Of a DNA stretch of 47,666 bases, positions 29,453-39,615 are shown in pieces. Source of the DNA: Nitrospira japonica (GTDB lineage: Bacteria > Nitrospirota > Thermodesulfovibrionia > Thermodesulfovibrionales > SM23-35). The DNA lies in NCBI GenBank assembly GCA_020725385.1, contig DYFC01000030.1, positions 1-47,666 of the forward strand, read 5' to 3'. The notes under the pieces are model-generated. The model was not told the DNA's origin. It did no database searches and saw nothing but the letters and a program-made list of their open reading frames with translations. A program made the translations under genes and the position numbers. The stretch's first letter is position 1; each line of letters starts with the position of its first letter.

Positions 29453-30385
29453 CTAATCTTCCAGAAGTTCTTTTATTGTTGTATAAACTGATTTACTTAG
29501 TGAATCGAGATCATAGCCGCCTTCGAGAACAAAAACATAAGGCATTGAAGGCAGATATGTTGTGGTGGAACGCAAGAGTATTCCCCTGATTATATTTCTC
29601 ATGCCTTCGTGCGTGATATGTATATTAGATAAAGGGTCTGCTGCATTTATATCATATCCTGCTGAAACAAGCATAATATCGGGTCTGAAGTTTTTTATGA
29701 GTCGTGGAAGAATATCACGGTAAACATAATAGTAATCTTTATCACCGGAGCCTGCATGCATTGCGACATTATAAGTTGTGCCTTCACCTTTTCCCTTGCC
29801 CCTTTCTGTGTCCCTTCCTGTGCCCGGATAATGGGGAAACTGGTGGGTGCTGAAGTAGAAAACTGTTTCGTCTTCTTCAAATATATGCTGGGTGCCGTTG
29901 CCATGATGAACGTCAAAATCTATTATAAAGACTTTTTTATAACCAAGTTTCTGAGCGTATCTTGCACCAATAGCAACATTATTAAATATGCAAAAACCCA
30001 TTGCCCTGTGTGCTTCAGCATGGTGTCCGGGGGGTCTTACAGCGCAAAAAGCTCTATCAATATCTCCTTTTTTACATAAGTCTATTGCTTTTACAACTGC
30101 ACCTGAAGCGTAATGAGCAACTTCAAAGGAGTGTTCCGATATATAAGTATCAGAATCAAAATATCCTCTAAAATTTTTTAAGGTATCATAATAAGATTTT
30201 GTGTGAACCGCAAGAATGTCTTCTTCATTTGCTTTTTCCGGTTTAATATGAATGAGCTTTTCCCATACATCAGAATTTCTGAGAGTTTCAACAATCCGGA
30301 CAAGTCTCTGTGATGATTCAGGGTGTCCTGAAGGCATTTCGTGCTTTAAAAAAATATCATCGTATATAAATCCAACTCTTTTCAT
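29453..30385 (-). CDS. Histone deacetylase family protein (AcuC/HdaH-like)
   Basis: [35 protein letters not shown]...DP, LEGGY. Confidence 0.93.
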   Translation of the reverse strand: MKRVGFIYDDIFLKHEMPSGHPESSQRLVRIVETLRNSDVWEKLIHIKPEKANEEDILAVHTKSYYDTLKNFRGYFDSDTYISEHSFEVAHYASGAVVKAIDLCKKGDIDRAFCAVRPPGHHAEAHRAMGFCIFNNVAIGARYAQKLGYKKVFIIDFDVHHGNGTQHIFEEDETVFYFSTHQFPHYPGTGRDTERGKGKGEGTTYNVAMHAGSGDKDYYYVYRDILPRLIKNFRPDIMLVSAGYDINAADPLSNIHITHEGMRNIIRGILLRSTTTYLPSMPYVFVLEGGYDLDSLSKSVYTTIKELLED

Positions 30386-30400
30386 GTGTTATAAATATAA

Positions 30401-30471
30401 AACGCCTGTCTATTTATATTTTAATGTAATAAATATAGCATAGCTACATTTAAAATAGTAAGACAGGCGTT
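30401..30471 (-). terminator. Long imperfect hairpin downstream of fhs
   Basis: AACGCCTGTCT...AGACAGGCGTT outer arms plus inner TATTTTAATGTA / TACATTTAAAATA pairing; TTTT follows on the minus strand. Confidence 0.55.
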
Positions 30472-30483
30472 ATAATTTATATA

Positions 30484-32247
30484 CTAAAAGAGTCCCTTTA
30501 CTTTTCCTGTTTCCACATCTACATCAATTCTTCTATAAGCCGGGTCTGAAGCTGTTCCGGGCATAAGTTTAATAGCACCTGCAACAGGAACTACAAACCC
30601 CGCTCCTTTATAAACAAGTATATCTCTAATAAATAATTTCCAGCCTTTTGGTACACCTTTCAAATTAGGGTTATCAGAAAGGCTCAAATGGGTTTTTACC
30701 ATGCATGTGCCGAGTTCCGATATTTCTGGATCAGCTTCCAGCTTCTGCACTTTTGTCAGTGCTTCGGGTGAATATTCAACACCATCGGCTCCATAAACTT
30801 CTTTAGCAATCATTTCAATACGTTGTCTTAATGGAGCAGAAAGTTCATATAAATATTTAAAGTCATTTGGTTCATTGCAAGCATCAATAACTGCATCTGC
30901 AAGTTCAAGAGCTCCTTCACCACCATATTGCCAGTGTTTTGAGAGAGCGACCCTTGCTCCGGCAGATTCTGCAATTTTTCTGACTGTTTTTATTTCATTA
31001 TCTGTATCGGTATAAAATGCATTGATACATACAACAGGGTTTATTCCGGCTTTTTTAATTGTATTTATATGGTGCACAAGATTTTCACAGCCTTTCGCAA
31101 CCCATTCTATATTTTCATGTTTATATTCTTCGGGCAAAGGTTTACCGGGTATAGGAATAGGAGCCCCTCCATGACATTTTAAAGCCCTAATTGTTGCAAC
31201 TATAACAGCAGCATTTGGTTTTAGTCCGGAAAATCTGCATTTAAGGTTCCAGAATTTTTCAAAGCCTATGTCTGCTCCAAACCCTGATTCTGTTATATGG
31301 TAATCCGATAGTTTTAAACCGATTCTGTCTGCAATAATCGAAGACTGACCTATCGCGATATTCGCAAATGGACCTGCATGAACCAGAACAGGCTGACCTT
31401 CTATTGTCTGCATAAGATTTGGATTTATTGCCTCAACCATCCATGCAGTCATGGCTCCAGCAACTTCAAGATCTTCAGTTGTTACAGGATTGCCTGTTCT
31501 ATCATAAGCTACAACAATTCTTCCCATCCTTTCACGCATATCTTTAAGGTCTTTTGATACAGCAAGTATAGCCATTATTTCTGAAGAAACTGCGATAGCA
31601 AATCCTGATTTCATCATGAAACCATCATTTTTTGTGCCAATACCTATAATTATCTCTCTAAGAGCCTGTGCACAAAAATCCATTATCCATTTCATTTCAA
31701 CATTTCTCGGGTCTATACTCAATCTCCTGAGTTTTCTTCTTGAAAGTTGCTCATCTGAATAATTGAATTCATGTTGCATTCGTGAAGTAAGCGCAACCAT
31801 TGCAAGATTATGTGCATTCATAATCGCATTAATATCACCTGTGAGTCCAAGAGAAAAAGGGGTAAGTGGAATACATTGGGAAAGCCCACCGCCTGCAGCA
31901 GAACCTTTAATATTCATTGTAGGACCGCCGGAAGGTTGTCTTATTGCTGCTATAACTCTTTTTCCCCTTTTACCAAGTCCTTGAGTTAATCCCATAGTTG
32001 TTGTAGATTTTCCTTCTCCGAGCGGGGTTGGTGTTATTGCTGTAACATCAATATATTTAGCATCAGGTTTGTTTTTTAAACGACTAAGAATGTTCTTAAA
32101 GTCAAGTTTTGCAACATGGTGTCCATGCGGGAGTAATTCTTTCTTTTCAAGCCCGAGTTCATCGGCTAACTGATAGACTGTTTTCATATTTGCTTCTGCA
32201 GCTTCTGCTATTTCCCAGTCTGCATGTTTTGTTGGATCCAAAGGCAT
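30484..32247 (-). CDS. fhs: Formate--tetrahydrofolate ligase
   Basis: [48 protein letters not shown]. Confidence 0.96.
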   Translation of the reverse strand: MPLDPTKHADWEIAEAAEANMKTVYQLADELGLEKKELLPHGHHVAKLDFKNILSRLKNKPDAKYIDVTAITPTPLGEGKSTTTMGLTQGLGKRGKRVIAAIRQPSGGPTMNIKGSAAGGGLSQCIPLTPFSLGLTGDINAIMNAHNLAMVALTSRMQHEFNYSDEQLSRRKLRRLSIDPRNVEMKWIMDFCAQALREIIIGIGTKNDGFMMKSGFAIAVSSEIMAILAVSKDLKDMRERMGRIVVAYDRTGNPVTTEDLEVAGAMTAWMVEAINPNLMQTIEGQPVLVHAGPFANIAIGQSSIIADRIGLKLSDYHITESGFGADIGFEKFWNLKCRFSGLKPNAAVIVATIRALKCHGGAPIPIPGKPLPEEYKHENIEWVAKGCENLVHHINTIKKAGINPVVCINAFYTDTDNEIKTVRKIAESAGARVALSKHWQYGGEGALELADAVIDACNEPNDFKYLYELSAPLRQRIEMIAKEVYGADGVEYSPEALTKVQKLEADPEISELGTCMVKTHLSLSDNPNLKGVPKGWKLFIRDILVYKGAGFVVPVAGAIKLMPGTASDPAYRRIDVDVETGKVKGLF

Positions 32248-32272
32248 TTTTGTTTCCTCCTGTTGTATAAGA

Positions 32273-32336
32273 TTATTCGCTATCAGTTATTCGAAGAAAA
32301 CATTTGCAAATAAAACTTGAATAACAAATAACGAAT
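32273..32336. repeat. Inverted pair of degenerate 7-bp tandem arrays
   Basis: TTATTCG CTATCAG TTATTCG ... TGAATAA CAAATAA CGAAT. Confidence 0.55.
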
Positions 32337-32798
32337 TTAATAGCTTATTAATGCGCTCAGGAATTTATCATTCATTCTTCTAAGATTTTTGCTCATTACT
32401 ATTGCCATCTGTTTAATAATATTCAAAGCAAGAGCGCAATCTTCGCTAATTAATTTTTCAAAATCTTCTTTTGGAATCAAGAATAGTTCTGTGTCTTCAA
32501 GCGCAACTGCTGATGCTACATGTTTTCTGTTCTCAAGAATTGAAAGTTCTCCAAAAAAATGTCCTGCAGGCAAAACCACAAGTGTCTGTCTCCAGCCATC
32601 GGCTGTGACACGGGAAATTTCGATTTTACCTGAATGAATGAGCCACAGTCCTCTTGTATCTTCTTTTTCCTTGAAAAGTGGTTCTCCCTTTTTGATTGAA
32701 ACCTGTTTTGCCATTGATGCAATTTTCTGTAGCCCTGCATCATTAATTTCCTTCAAAAGTACCTGTTGTTTTAAATCTTCCGGTTTAATCATAACCAT
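32337..32798 (-). CDS. Stand-alone cyclic nucleotide-binding (Crp-like) protein without HTH
   Basis: LFKE...GLWLIHSGKIEI, GHFFGELSIL..RKHVASAVA; ends after the C-helix (153 aa). Confidence 0.88.
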   Translation of the reverse strand: MVMIKPEDLKQQVLLKEINDAGLQKIASMAKQVSIKKGEPLFKEKEDTRGLWLIHSGKIEISRVTADGWRQTLVVLPAGHFFGELSILENRKHVASAVALEDTELFLIPKEDFEKLISEDCALALNIIKQMAIVMSKNLRRMNDKFLSALISY

Positions 32799-32845
32799 CC
32801 CCTCCTTTTAAACTTTGATAATTCATATATAACTCCACCCTTTCT

Positions 32846-35563
32846 TTATAGCTTTTTCTGGATTTTAACAGCACAAATTTTATACTCCGGAATCTTTGCA
32901 ATCGGGTCAAGAGCATTATTTGTTAAAACATTTGCAGCAGCCTCACTAAAATGGAAAGGTATGAAAACAACACCCTGCAAAGGTCTATCAGAAATTTTTA
33001 CATCAATATCAATTGACCCTCTTCTTGAGGTAACCGATATTATTTCGCCATTTTTTATGCCATATATTTTTGCATCTTCAGGATTAATTTCAACATATGC
33101 ACCGGGAGAGACATTATTAATTGCTTCAACCCTCCGGGTCATTGTGCCTGTGTGATACTGGAAGAGCTGTCGTCCTGTTGTGAGAATCAAAGGAAATTCA
33201 TCATTTGGAATTTCTTCTGATTCTTTATAATTAACTACAGTAAAAGTTGCTTTCCCGCGTGGAAATCCGCCTTTGAATAGATATTGTGTTCCGGGATGAT
33301 CAAGAGTTGGACATGGCCATTGCAGACCTTTATTTGCTATTCTTTTATATGTAATACCTGCCAGAGCAGGCCAGAGACTACCTGCCTCGTAAAAAATATC
33401 TTCAACAAGATTGTACTGCATTTGATAACCGAATTTTTCAGATAAAGCTATTATGATAGATGAATCTTCTTTTGCTTCTCCCGGAGGTTCAACTGCTTTT
33501 CTGATACGTTGAACCATTCTCGCAGTATTTGTGAAAGTTCCATCTTTTTCAGCAAAACATGCTGCCGGAAGTATTACATCGGCTAACTCAGCTGTTTCTG
33601 TAAGAAAAATATCCTGAACAACCAGGAATTCAAGGCTTTTCAGTGCTTTCATGGTATGATTCATATCAGGGTCACTAATAACTGGATTTTCACCCATTAT
33701 GTATAATGATTTAATTTTTCCTTCAATCGCAGCATTTATCATTTCAGTAGCAGTCAATCCTTTTTTCTCGGGAAGTTTAACTCCCCATGCTTTCTCAAAT
33801 CTTTTTCTTATTGCTGAAACCTCAACACTTTGGTAGCCGGTAAGGAAGTTTGGTATACAACCCATGTCGGTAGCACCCTGAACATTATTTTGGCCCCTTA
33901 ATGGATTTACCCCCGTACATTCTCTCCCGAGATTCCCTGTCATTAAAGCAAGATTTGCGATAGCAAGCACATTGTCCGTACCGTGTGAATGCTGTGTAAT
34001 ACCCATAGTATAATATATTCCCGGACGAACTGCATTACCATACATTAAAGCTGCTTTTGTGATTTTTTCTGCAGACACACCAGTTATTTTTTCACCTTTT
34101 TCAGGAGTAAATTCTTTTAAGGAATCTCTAAATGATTCAAAACCTTCGGTGCGTTCATTTATGAATTTCTCATCTATCAAACCTTCTTTGACAATCACAT
34201 GCATAATTGAATTTAAAAGCGCTACATCGGTTCCCGGTTTATGCTGTAACCATAAACTCGAAAATCTTACGAGATCGATTTTTCTCGGATCCGCAACAAT
34301 AAGTTCAGCGCCTTTTCTTACAGCTTTTTTCATCTTGAGCCCGATTATTGGATGAGACTCTGTTGTATTTGAACCTATGACAAAAATAAGATCATGATTT
34401 TCTATCTCCTGTAACGAATTTGTCATAGCTCCCGAACCGAATACTTTAGCCAGACCGGCTACAGATGAGCTATGTCAGTATCTTGCGCAATGGTCAACGT
34501 TATTGGTACCAATTACTGCTCTCATAAACTTCTGGAAAATATAATTTTCTTCATTCGTACACCTTGCAGAAGAAAAACCTCCTATAGAATCTGCACCATG
34601 CCTGTCTTTAATTTCCTTTAATTTTGTAACAATATAATTAAGTGCCTCATCCCATTCAACTTCCTTGAAATTTTTAAGCAGATCCTGTTTTTTAGTTTCT
34701 GATGAATCAAATTCCTGATTTTTTGGAACTATTCTTATTAATGGTTTTTTTAACCTATCAGGATGGTCAATAAAACTGAAACCAAATCTTCCTTTTGCAC
34801 ATAACCATCCTCCATTTATAGAATCTTCTTTTGAAGAAACTCTAACAACTTTATTCCGTCTTATATGTAAAGTTATATTGCAACCACATCCACAATACGG
34901 GCATATTGTTTCAACTTCCTTAAATTTTTGCCTTCCTTTATTAGCCCACATCTTACCTGTTAAAGCACCTGTAGGACAAACAGCCACACATTGACCGCAA
35001 AATTCGCAGTTGAGATCTTTTTCAAAAGGAGGGCTTATGACGGTCTTAAGACCCCTGTAAGCAAAATCTATTGCGCCAACCCCTTGAATTTCATTACATA
35101 CCCTGACACATTGACCGCAGAGAATGCATTTTTCCATATCTCTGTTAATAAAAGGATTATTGTCTATTTTTTTATAGGATCTTCTTTCACCTATAAACCT
35201 GTTTTCTCTTATGCCATAGAAATATGCAAGTTCCTGCAATTTACAATCTCCTGCACGTTCGCAAACCATGCAATCGTTCGGGTGATCTGAAAGTAATAAT
35301 TCGAGAGTTGTTCTTCTTAATTTTTCAAGATGTGGACTTGTGGTTATAACTTCCATACCATCTTTTGCAAAAGTTGTACATGAGGCAACAGGCTTGGGAG
35401 AACCTTTGATTTCAACAAGACAAAGTCTGCAACCTCCATATGGTGAGAGTTCAGGATGGTGGCACAAAGTTGGTATTGGAATATCGAGTTTGCGGGCAGC
35501 ATCAAGGATTGTTGAAAGTTTCCTGACTGTTACTTTCTTTCCATCTATTTTAAGAGTTACCAT
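32846..35563 (-). CDS. fdhF: Cytoplasmic formate dehydrogenase alpha subunit with N-terminal NuoG-like Fe-S domains, selenocysteine-containing (about 905 aa, Sec363)
   Basis: IPTLC...[34 protein letters not shown]; in-frame across UGA 34475-34477 as [27 protein letters not shown]; LRGQNNVQG. Confidence 0.95.
34447..34461 (-). promoter_or_regulatory. Putative SECIS hairpin of cytoplasmic fdh
   Basis: UAGCCGGUCUGGCUA stem-loop with a GGUCU apex as in E. coli fdhF, starting 14 nt after the UGA. Confidence 0.75.
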
Positions 35564-35567
35564 AATA

Positions 35568-37346
35568 TTAAACCTTTAAAATTGCCTTAAACTTACATGC
35601 ATCAAAGCAACTCCCGCATTTAATGCACAATTCTTTATCTATTCTATGAGGTGATTTCCGTGTGCCTCTAATAGCATCAGAAGGACAAACTCTTTTACAT
35701 GAACCACAACCTTTGCACTTTTCTTCAATTATTGTAAAAGTAATTAAATCTCTGCATACTGCAGCAGGACATTTTTTTTCTTTTATATGGGCAATATACT
35801 CATCTCTAAAATATTTCAAAGTGCTTAGAACAGGATTTGCTGCTGTCATTCCAAGACCGCACAAAGATGTTGCACGAATATGATTCCCGAGTTCTTCAAG
35901 AAGTTCTATATCACCTTCTTTACCTTTCCCAGAGGTTATTCTCTCGAGAATTTCAAGCATTCTTTTTGTTCCTATTCTGCAAGGGGTACATTTACCGCAT
36001 GATTCTGCTTGAGTGAATTCGAGGAAAAATTTTGCAGTGTTAACCATACAGGTATTTTCATCAAGAACTACCATCCCTCCGGAGCCCATGATTGAGCCTG
36101 CATGCGCAAGTGATTCATAATCTACCTCTGTATCAAGAAGTTCCGCAGGAATACATCCTCCTGATGGCCCGCCGGTTTGAATAGCTTTAAAATCTTTACC
36201 GCCTTCTATCCCGCCGCCAATATCATAAATTATTTCTCTTAATGTTATTCCAAGTGGCACTTCTACAAGTCCGGTATTTTTAACTTTACCTGATAATGAA
36301 AAAACCTTTGTTCCTCCACTCCTGTCAGTTCCAAGTTTTCTATACCAATTCGCTCCATTAAGAATGATCTTTGGAACATTTGCAAAAGTTTCAACATTAT
36401 TAAGTACAGTTGGCTTTTCCCATAATCCTCTTTCAGCAGAACGCCATAGTTTTGGACTTGGCATTCCACGTTTTCCTTCTATTGAACGCATCAGAGCAGT
36501 TGCTTCTCCGCAGACAAAAGCTCCTGCTCCCTGAAAAATTTTAAGATCAAACGAGAAATCGGATCCAAAAATATTTTGACCCAAAAATCCTCTCGTGTAG
36601 CATTGATCAATTCCCATCTGTAATCTTTTTACAGCAAGAGGATACTCGGCACGCACGTAAATATATCCATAGTTTGATTGGGTTGCTTTTGCGCATATAA
36701 TCATCCCTTCAATTACAGAATGAGGGTCTCCTTCCATAACAGACCTGTCCATAAATGCACCGGGATCTCCTTCGTCACCGTTACATATTACATATTTAAC
36801 ATCGGACTTTATTCTTAGCCCAAGTTCCCATTTTAACCCGGTTGGAAAACCTGCTCCTCCACGTCCGCGTAAATTTGAGTTTTTAATAATGCTGACTATT
36901 TCTTCAGAGGACATCTCAAGAATAGCTTTTCTTGCAGCGTTATATCCACCAACAGCTATATATGAATCAATATCTTCTGGATCAATATCCCCGCAATGAG
37001 ATAAGACTACTTTTGTCTGCTTATTGTGAAAATCATTATATTCGGATCCTGCAAGCCATTCATTTACCGGAACTCCGTTAATAATATGTTCATTGAATAT
37101 TTTTTCAACCATATCAGGTTTAATGTGTTTATAAGTTGTCTTAACATCATCAACAATTACATCGACCAGGACATCTTTTGAACAAAACCCCCTACAGCCA
37201 ACTTTCTGTGCATTACATTTTGTGTCTATCTTTACATTTAAGCCTGATTTAGTAATCATTTCTTTAAATTTTTCGAGAACTTCTTCACCACCTGAAGCAA
37301 CTCCACCTGTTCCCATACATACTTTTATAATGATATTTTTTTCCAT
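35568..37346 (-). CDS. NuoF/HydB-like NAD(P)H- and FMN-binding subunit with C-terminal 2x[4Fe-4S]
   Basis: LRGRGGAGFPTG, NGDEGDPGAFMDR, NNVET, GGPSGG, ESCGKCTPCR, CKGCGSC and CIKCGSC. Confidence 0.93.
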   Translation of the reverse strand: MEKNIIIKVCMGTGGVASGGEEVLEKFKEMITKSGLNVKIDTKCNAQKVGCRGFCSKDVLVDVIVDDVKTTYKHIKPDMVEKIFNEHIINGVPVNEWLAGSEYNDFHNKQTKVVLSHCGDIDPEDIDSYIAVGGYNAARKAILEMSSEEIVSIIKNSNLRGRGGAGFPTGLKWELGLRIKSDVKYVICNGDEGDPGAFMDRSVMEGDPHSVIEGMIICAKATQSNYGYIYVRAEYPLAVKRLQMGIDQCYTRGFLGQNIFGSDFSFDLKIFQGAGAFVCGEATALMRSIEGKRGMPSPKLWRSAERGLWEKPTVLNNVETFANVPKIILNGANWYRKLGTDRSGGTKVFSLSGKVKNTGLVEVPLGITLREIIYDIGGGIEGGKDFKAIQTGGPSGGCIPAELLDTEVDYESLAHAGSIMGSGGMVVLDENTCMVNTAKFFLEFTQAESCGKCTPCRIGTKRMLEILERITSGKGKEGDIELLEELGNHIRATSLCGLGMTAANPVLSTLKYFRDEYIAHIKEKKCPAAVCRDLITFTIIEEKCKGCGSCKRVCPSDAIRGTRKSPHRIDKELCIKCGSCFDACKFKAILKV

Positions 37347-37805
37347 TTATTCGGATTTGATTTTCTTGATTTCTTTTATTAGTTTGTCAATAGTCATTCT
37401 GCCATGAACTGTATTATTAATAAGAGTAACAGGTGCAATGCCGCAAGCGCCAATACAGTTAACTTTTTCAACAGTAAACTTAAGATCAGATGTAGTTTCC
37501 TCGCCCTCGGGAATATCAAGTTCAAGGCACAATCTGTTTATTAATCTTTCAGAGCCTTTTACATGACATGCGGTTCCTCTGCATACTGTAATGATGTTTT
37601 TGCCTCTTGGTTTGAGATGAAATTGGGAATAAAAAGTTGCAACACCATAAAAATGACTTGCTGGAATATCAAGCTTTTTTGCAAACCAGTTTACAGCTTC
37701 CTCAGGAATGTAACCGAAATTCTTCTCTATATCCTGAAGGATAGTGATAATATTGCCACTATTTTCATGATAGGTTTTTAAGATCTTCTCAAGGGTTTCT
37801 TCCAT
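37347..37805 (-). CDS. NuoE/HydC-like [2Fe-2S] subunit
   Basis: GVATFYSQF, VCRGTACHVKG, CIGACGIAP. Confidence 0.93.
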   Translation of the reverse strand: MEETLEKILKTYHENSGNIITILQDIEKNFGYIPEEAVNWFAKKLDIPASHFYGVATFYSQFHLKPRGKNIITVCRGTACHVKGSERLINRLCLELDIPEGEETTSDLKFTVEKVNCIGACGIAPVTLINNTVHGRMTIDKLIKEIKKIKSE

Positions 37806-38031
37806 ATTGCCCTATTATTAAATCTGCATCTACAGGTTACTTATAGGTCTTTTAAATAAGCAAACCCATTGTTAGAGGGTGACAGCTATATTAACATAAT
37901 ATAAAAACAGTTTCAAATTAATTATAAGCATGAGCTAAATAATTATTTTTTATAGTAATCTTGAGTTTATTTTAGTTTATGTGGTTAAATAAACGTTGAA
38001 TAAATTATTTTTAAAATAAAGGAATGAATTC

Positions 38032-38991
38032 ATGAATAGATATAAGATCTTTGTAATATTTTCTTTATTAGTTTTGGTTTTTCCATTTTATGCTTATCCT
38101 GCGGTTATGCTTGATAGAGTGATTGCTGTAGTCAATGATGATGTCGTAACCTGGAGCGAATTATATAAGATGATGGAAAATGAAGCTTCGGAGCAACTTA
38201 AATCAATGTCTGAAGAAGAACGTTTGAAAATATTCAAGGCAAATGAACCTGTTTTTCTCGAAAAACTCATTGATTTCAGACTACAATTGCAGGAAGCTAA
38301 AAGAATCGGGATAAATGTTTCTCAGGAAGAACTAAAAGAAGCTATCGAGAATATAAAGTCAAAATATTCTATGACAGATAAGATGCTTGAGGAGAATCTT
38401 AAAAAAGAGGGATTTTCAATGGAAGAGTACAAGAAGATACTTTCCGAGCAAATACTTGTTAATCAATATCTAAATAGAAAAATAAGGAATAAAATAGTTG
38501 TAACAGATGAAGAGATTAAAAAGTATATTGATGAAAATAAAGAAGCATTGACTCAAAATGAAACTTACAAACTGAGACAGATATTTTTTAAGAGGCCTTC
38601 CAGTGATTCCGATCAGAAAACTATTGAAGATAAAGCCGGGCAGATTATCGAGCGCATTAAAAACGGCGAAGATTTTAGTAAACTTGCAATAGAATTTTCA
38701 GAAGATGCTTCAGGAAAACAAGGTGGGGAACTGGGCGTTATCAATAAGAATGTTCTTGCAAGAGAATTCATTGAAGCAATTTCAAAAATAAAGATAGGAG
38801 AAGTTACACAACCTTTCTGGACCGAGAAAGGTCTCCATATCATAAAACTTGATGCCAAGACATCACCTTCTAATCCTGATGAAATGAAAGAAATAATAGG
38901 AAAACAACTAAATGAACAGAAATTCTTTGAAAAGTACAAAAGCCTCATTAAAGATTTAAGGGAAAAGGCCCGCATAGAAGTAAGATTGTAA
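38032..38991 (+). CDS. SurA-like periplasmic chaperone / parvulin PPIase
   Basis: Signal peptide; DRVIAVVNDDVVT; GEDFSKLA..FSED..GGELG; GLHIIKL. Confidence 0.88.
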   Translation: MNRYKIFVIFSLLVLVFPFYAYPAVMLDRVIAVVNDDVVTWSELYKMMENEASEQLKSMSEEERLKIFKANEPVFLEKLIDFRLQLQEAKRIGINVSQEELKEAIENIKSKYSMTDKMLEENLKKEGFSMEEYKKILSEQILVNQYLNRKIRNKIVVTDEEIKKYIDENKEALTQNETYKLRQIFFKRPSSDSDQKTIEDKAGQIIERIKNGEDFSKLAIEFSEDASGKQGGELGVINKNVLAREFIEAISKIKIGEVTQPFWTEKGLHIIKLDAKTSPSNPDEMKEIIGKQLNEQKFFEKYKSLIKDLREKARIEVRL

Positions 38992-38992
38992 T

Positions 38993-39610
38993 ATGAAATG
39001 TATTAAACCACTCCAACTCGGTGTCTTAGCATCAGGCAGAGGAAGCAATTTTCAATCAATTCTTAATGAAATACAAAAAGGAAACCTTCCGGCATCTGTC
39101 AGAGTTCTTATAACAGATAATCCTGATGCATATGCTATCGAAAGAGCAAAAAAGAATGATATAGAGTTTCTTATTTTTAAACCGAAAGATTTTAAATCAA
39201 AAGATGAATACTATAGAAAAATTGCTGATGAACTCAAAAGTAGAGAAGTTGAACTTGTTATACTTGCAGGTTTTATGAGAATTGTTGGAAAGCCATTAAT
39301 TGATGCTTTTCCATTCAAAATTATGAATATACATCCGGCACTTCTTCCATCATTTCCAGGGCTTCACGCTCAAAAACAGGCAGTAGATTATGGAGTAAAA
39401 ATATCAGGATGCACAGTCCATTTTGTTGATGAAGGTATGGATACAGGGCCAATTATAATACAGGCAGCCGTACCGGTTTATCATGATGATACAGAGGAAA
39501 CATTATCCCAAAGAATACTGGAGCAAGAACATAAAATCTATCCTGAAGCCATAAAATTATTCTCGGAAGGAAGACTTGAGGTAAAAGGAAGAATCGTTAA
39601 TATTAAGTAA
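38993..39610 (+). CDS. purN: Phosphoribosylglycinamide formyltransferase
   Basis: LASGRGSNFQ, LAGFMRI, NIHPALLPSFPG, GCTVHFVDEGMDTGP. Confidence 0.96.
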   Translation: MKCIKPLQLGVLASGRGSNFQSILNEIQKGNLPASVRVLITDNPDAYAIERAKKNDIEFLIFKPKDFKSKDEYYRKIADELKSREVELVILAGFMRIVGKPLIDAFPFKIMNIHPALLPSFPGLHAQKQAVDYGVKISGCTVHFVDEGMDTGPIIIQAAVPVYHDDTEETLSQRILEQEHKIYPEAIKLFSEGRLEVKGRIVNIK

Positions 39611-39615
39611 CTTCT

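Noticed and set aside
30407-30421. 15-bp match (AAATATAAATAGACA) between the fhs hairpin and the IS end
   Set aside because: Low-complexity AT-rich match with no extension; probably chance.
11709-35563. The two split FDH alpha genes as nonsense pseudogenes
   Set aside because: Both stops are in-frame UGA at the catalytic Sec position with downstream hairpins.
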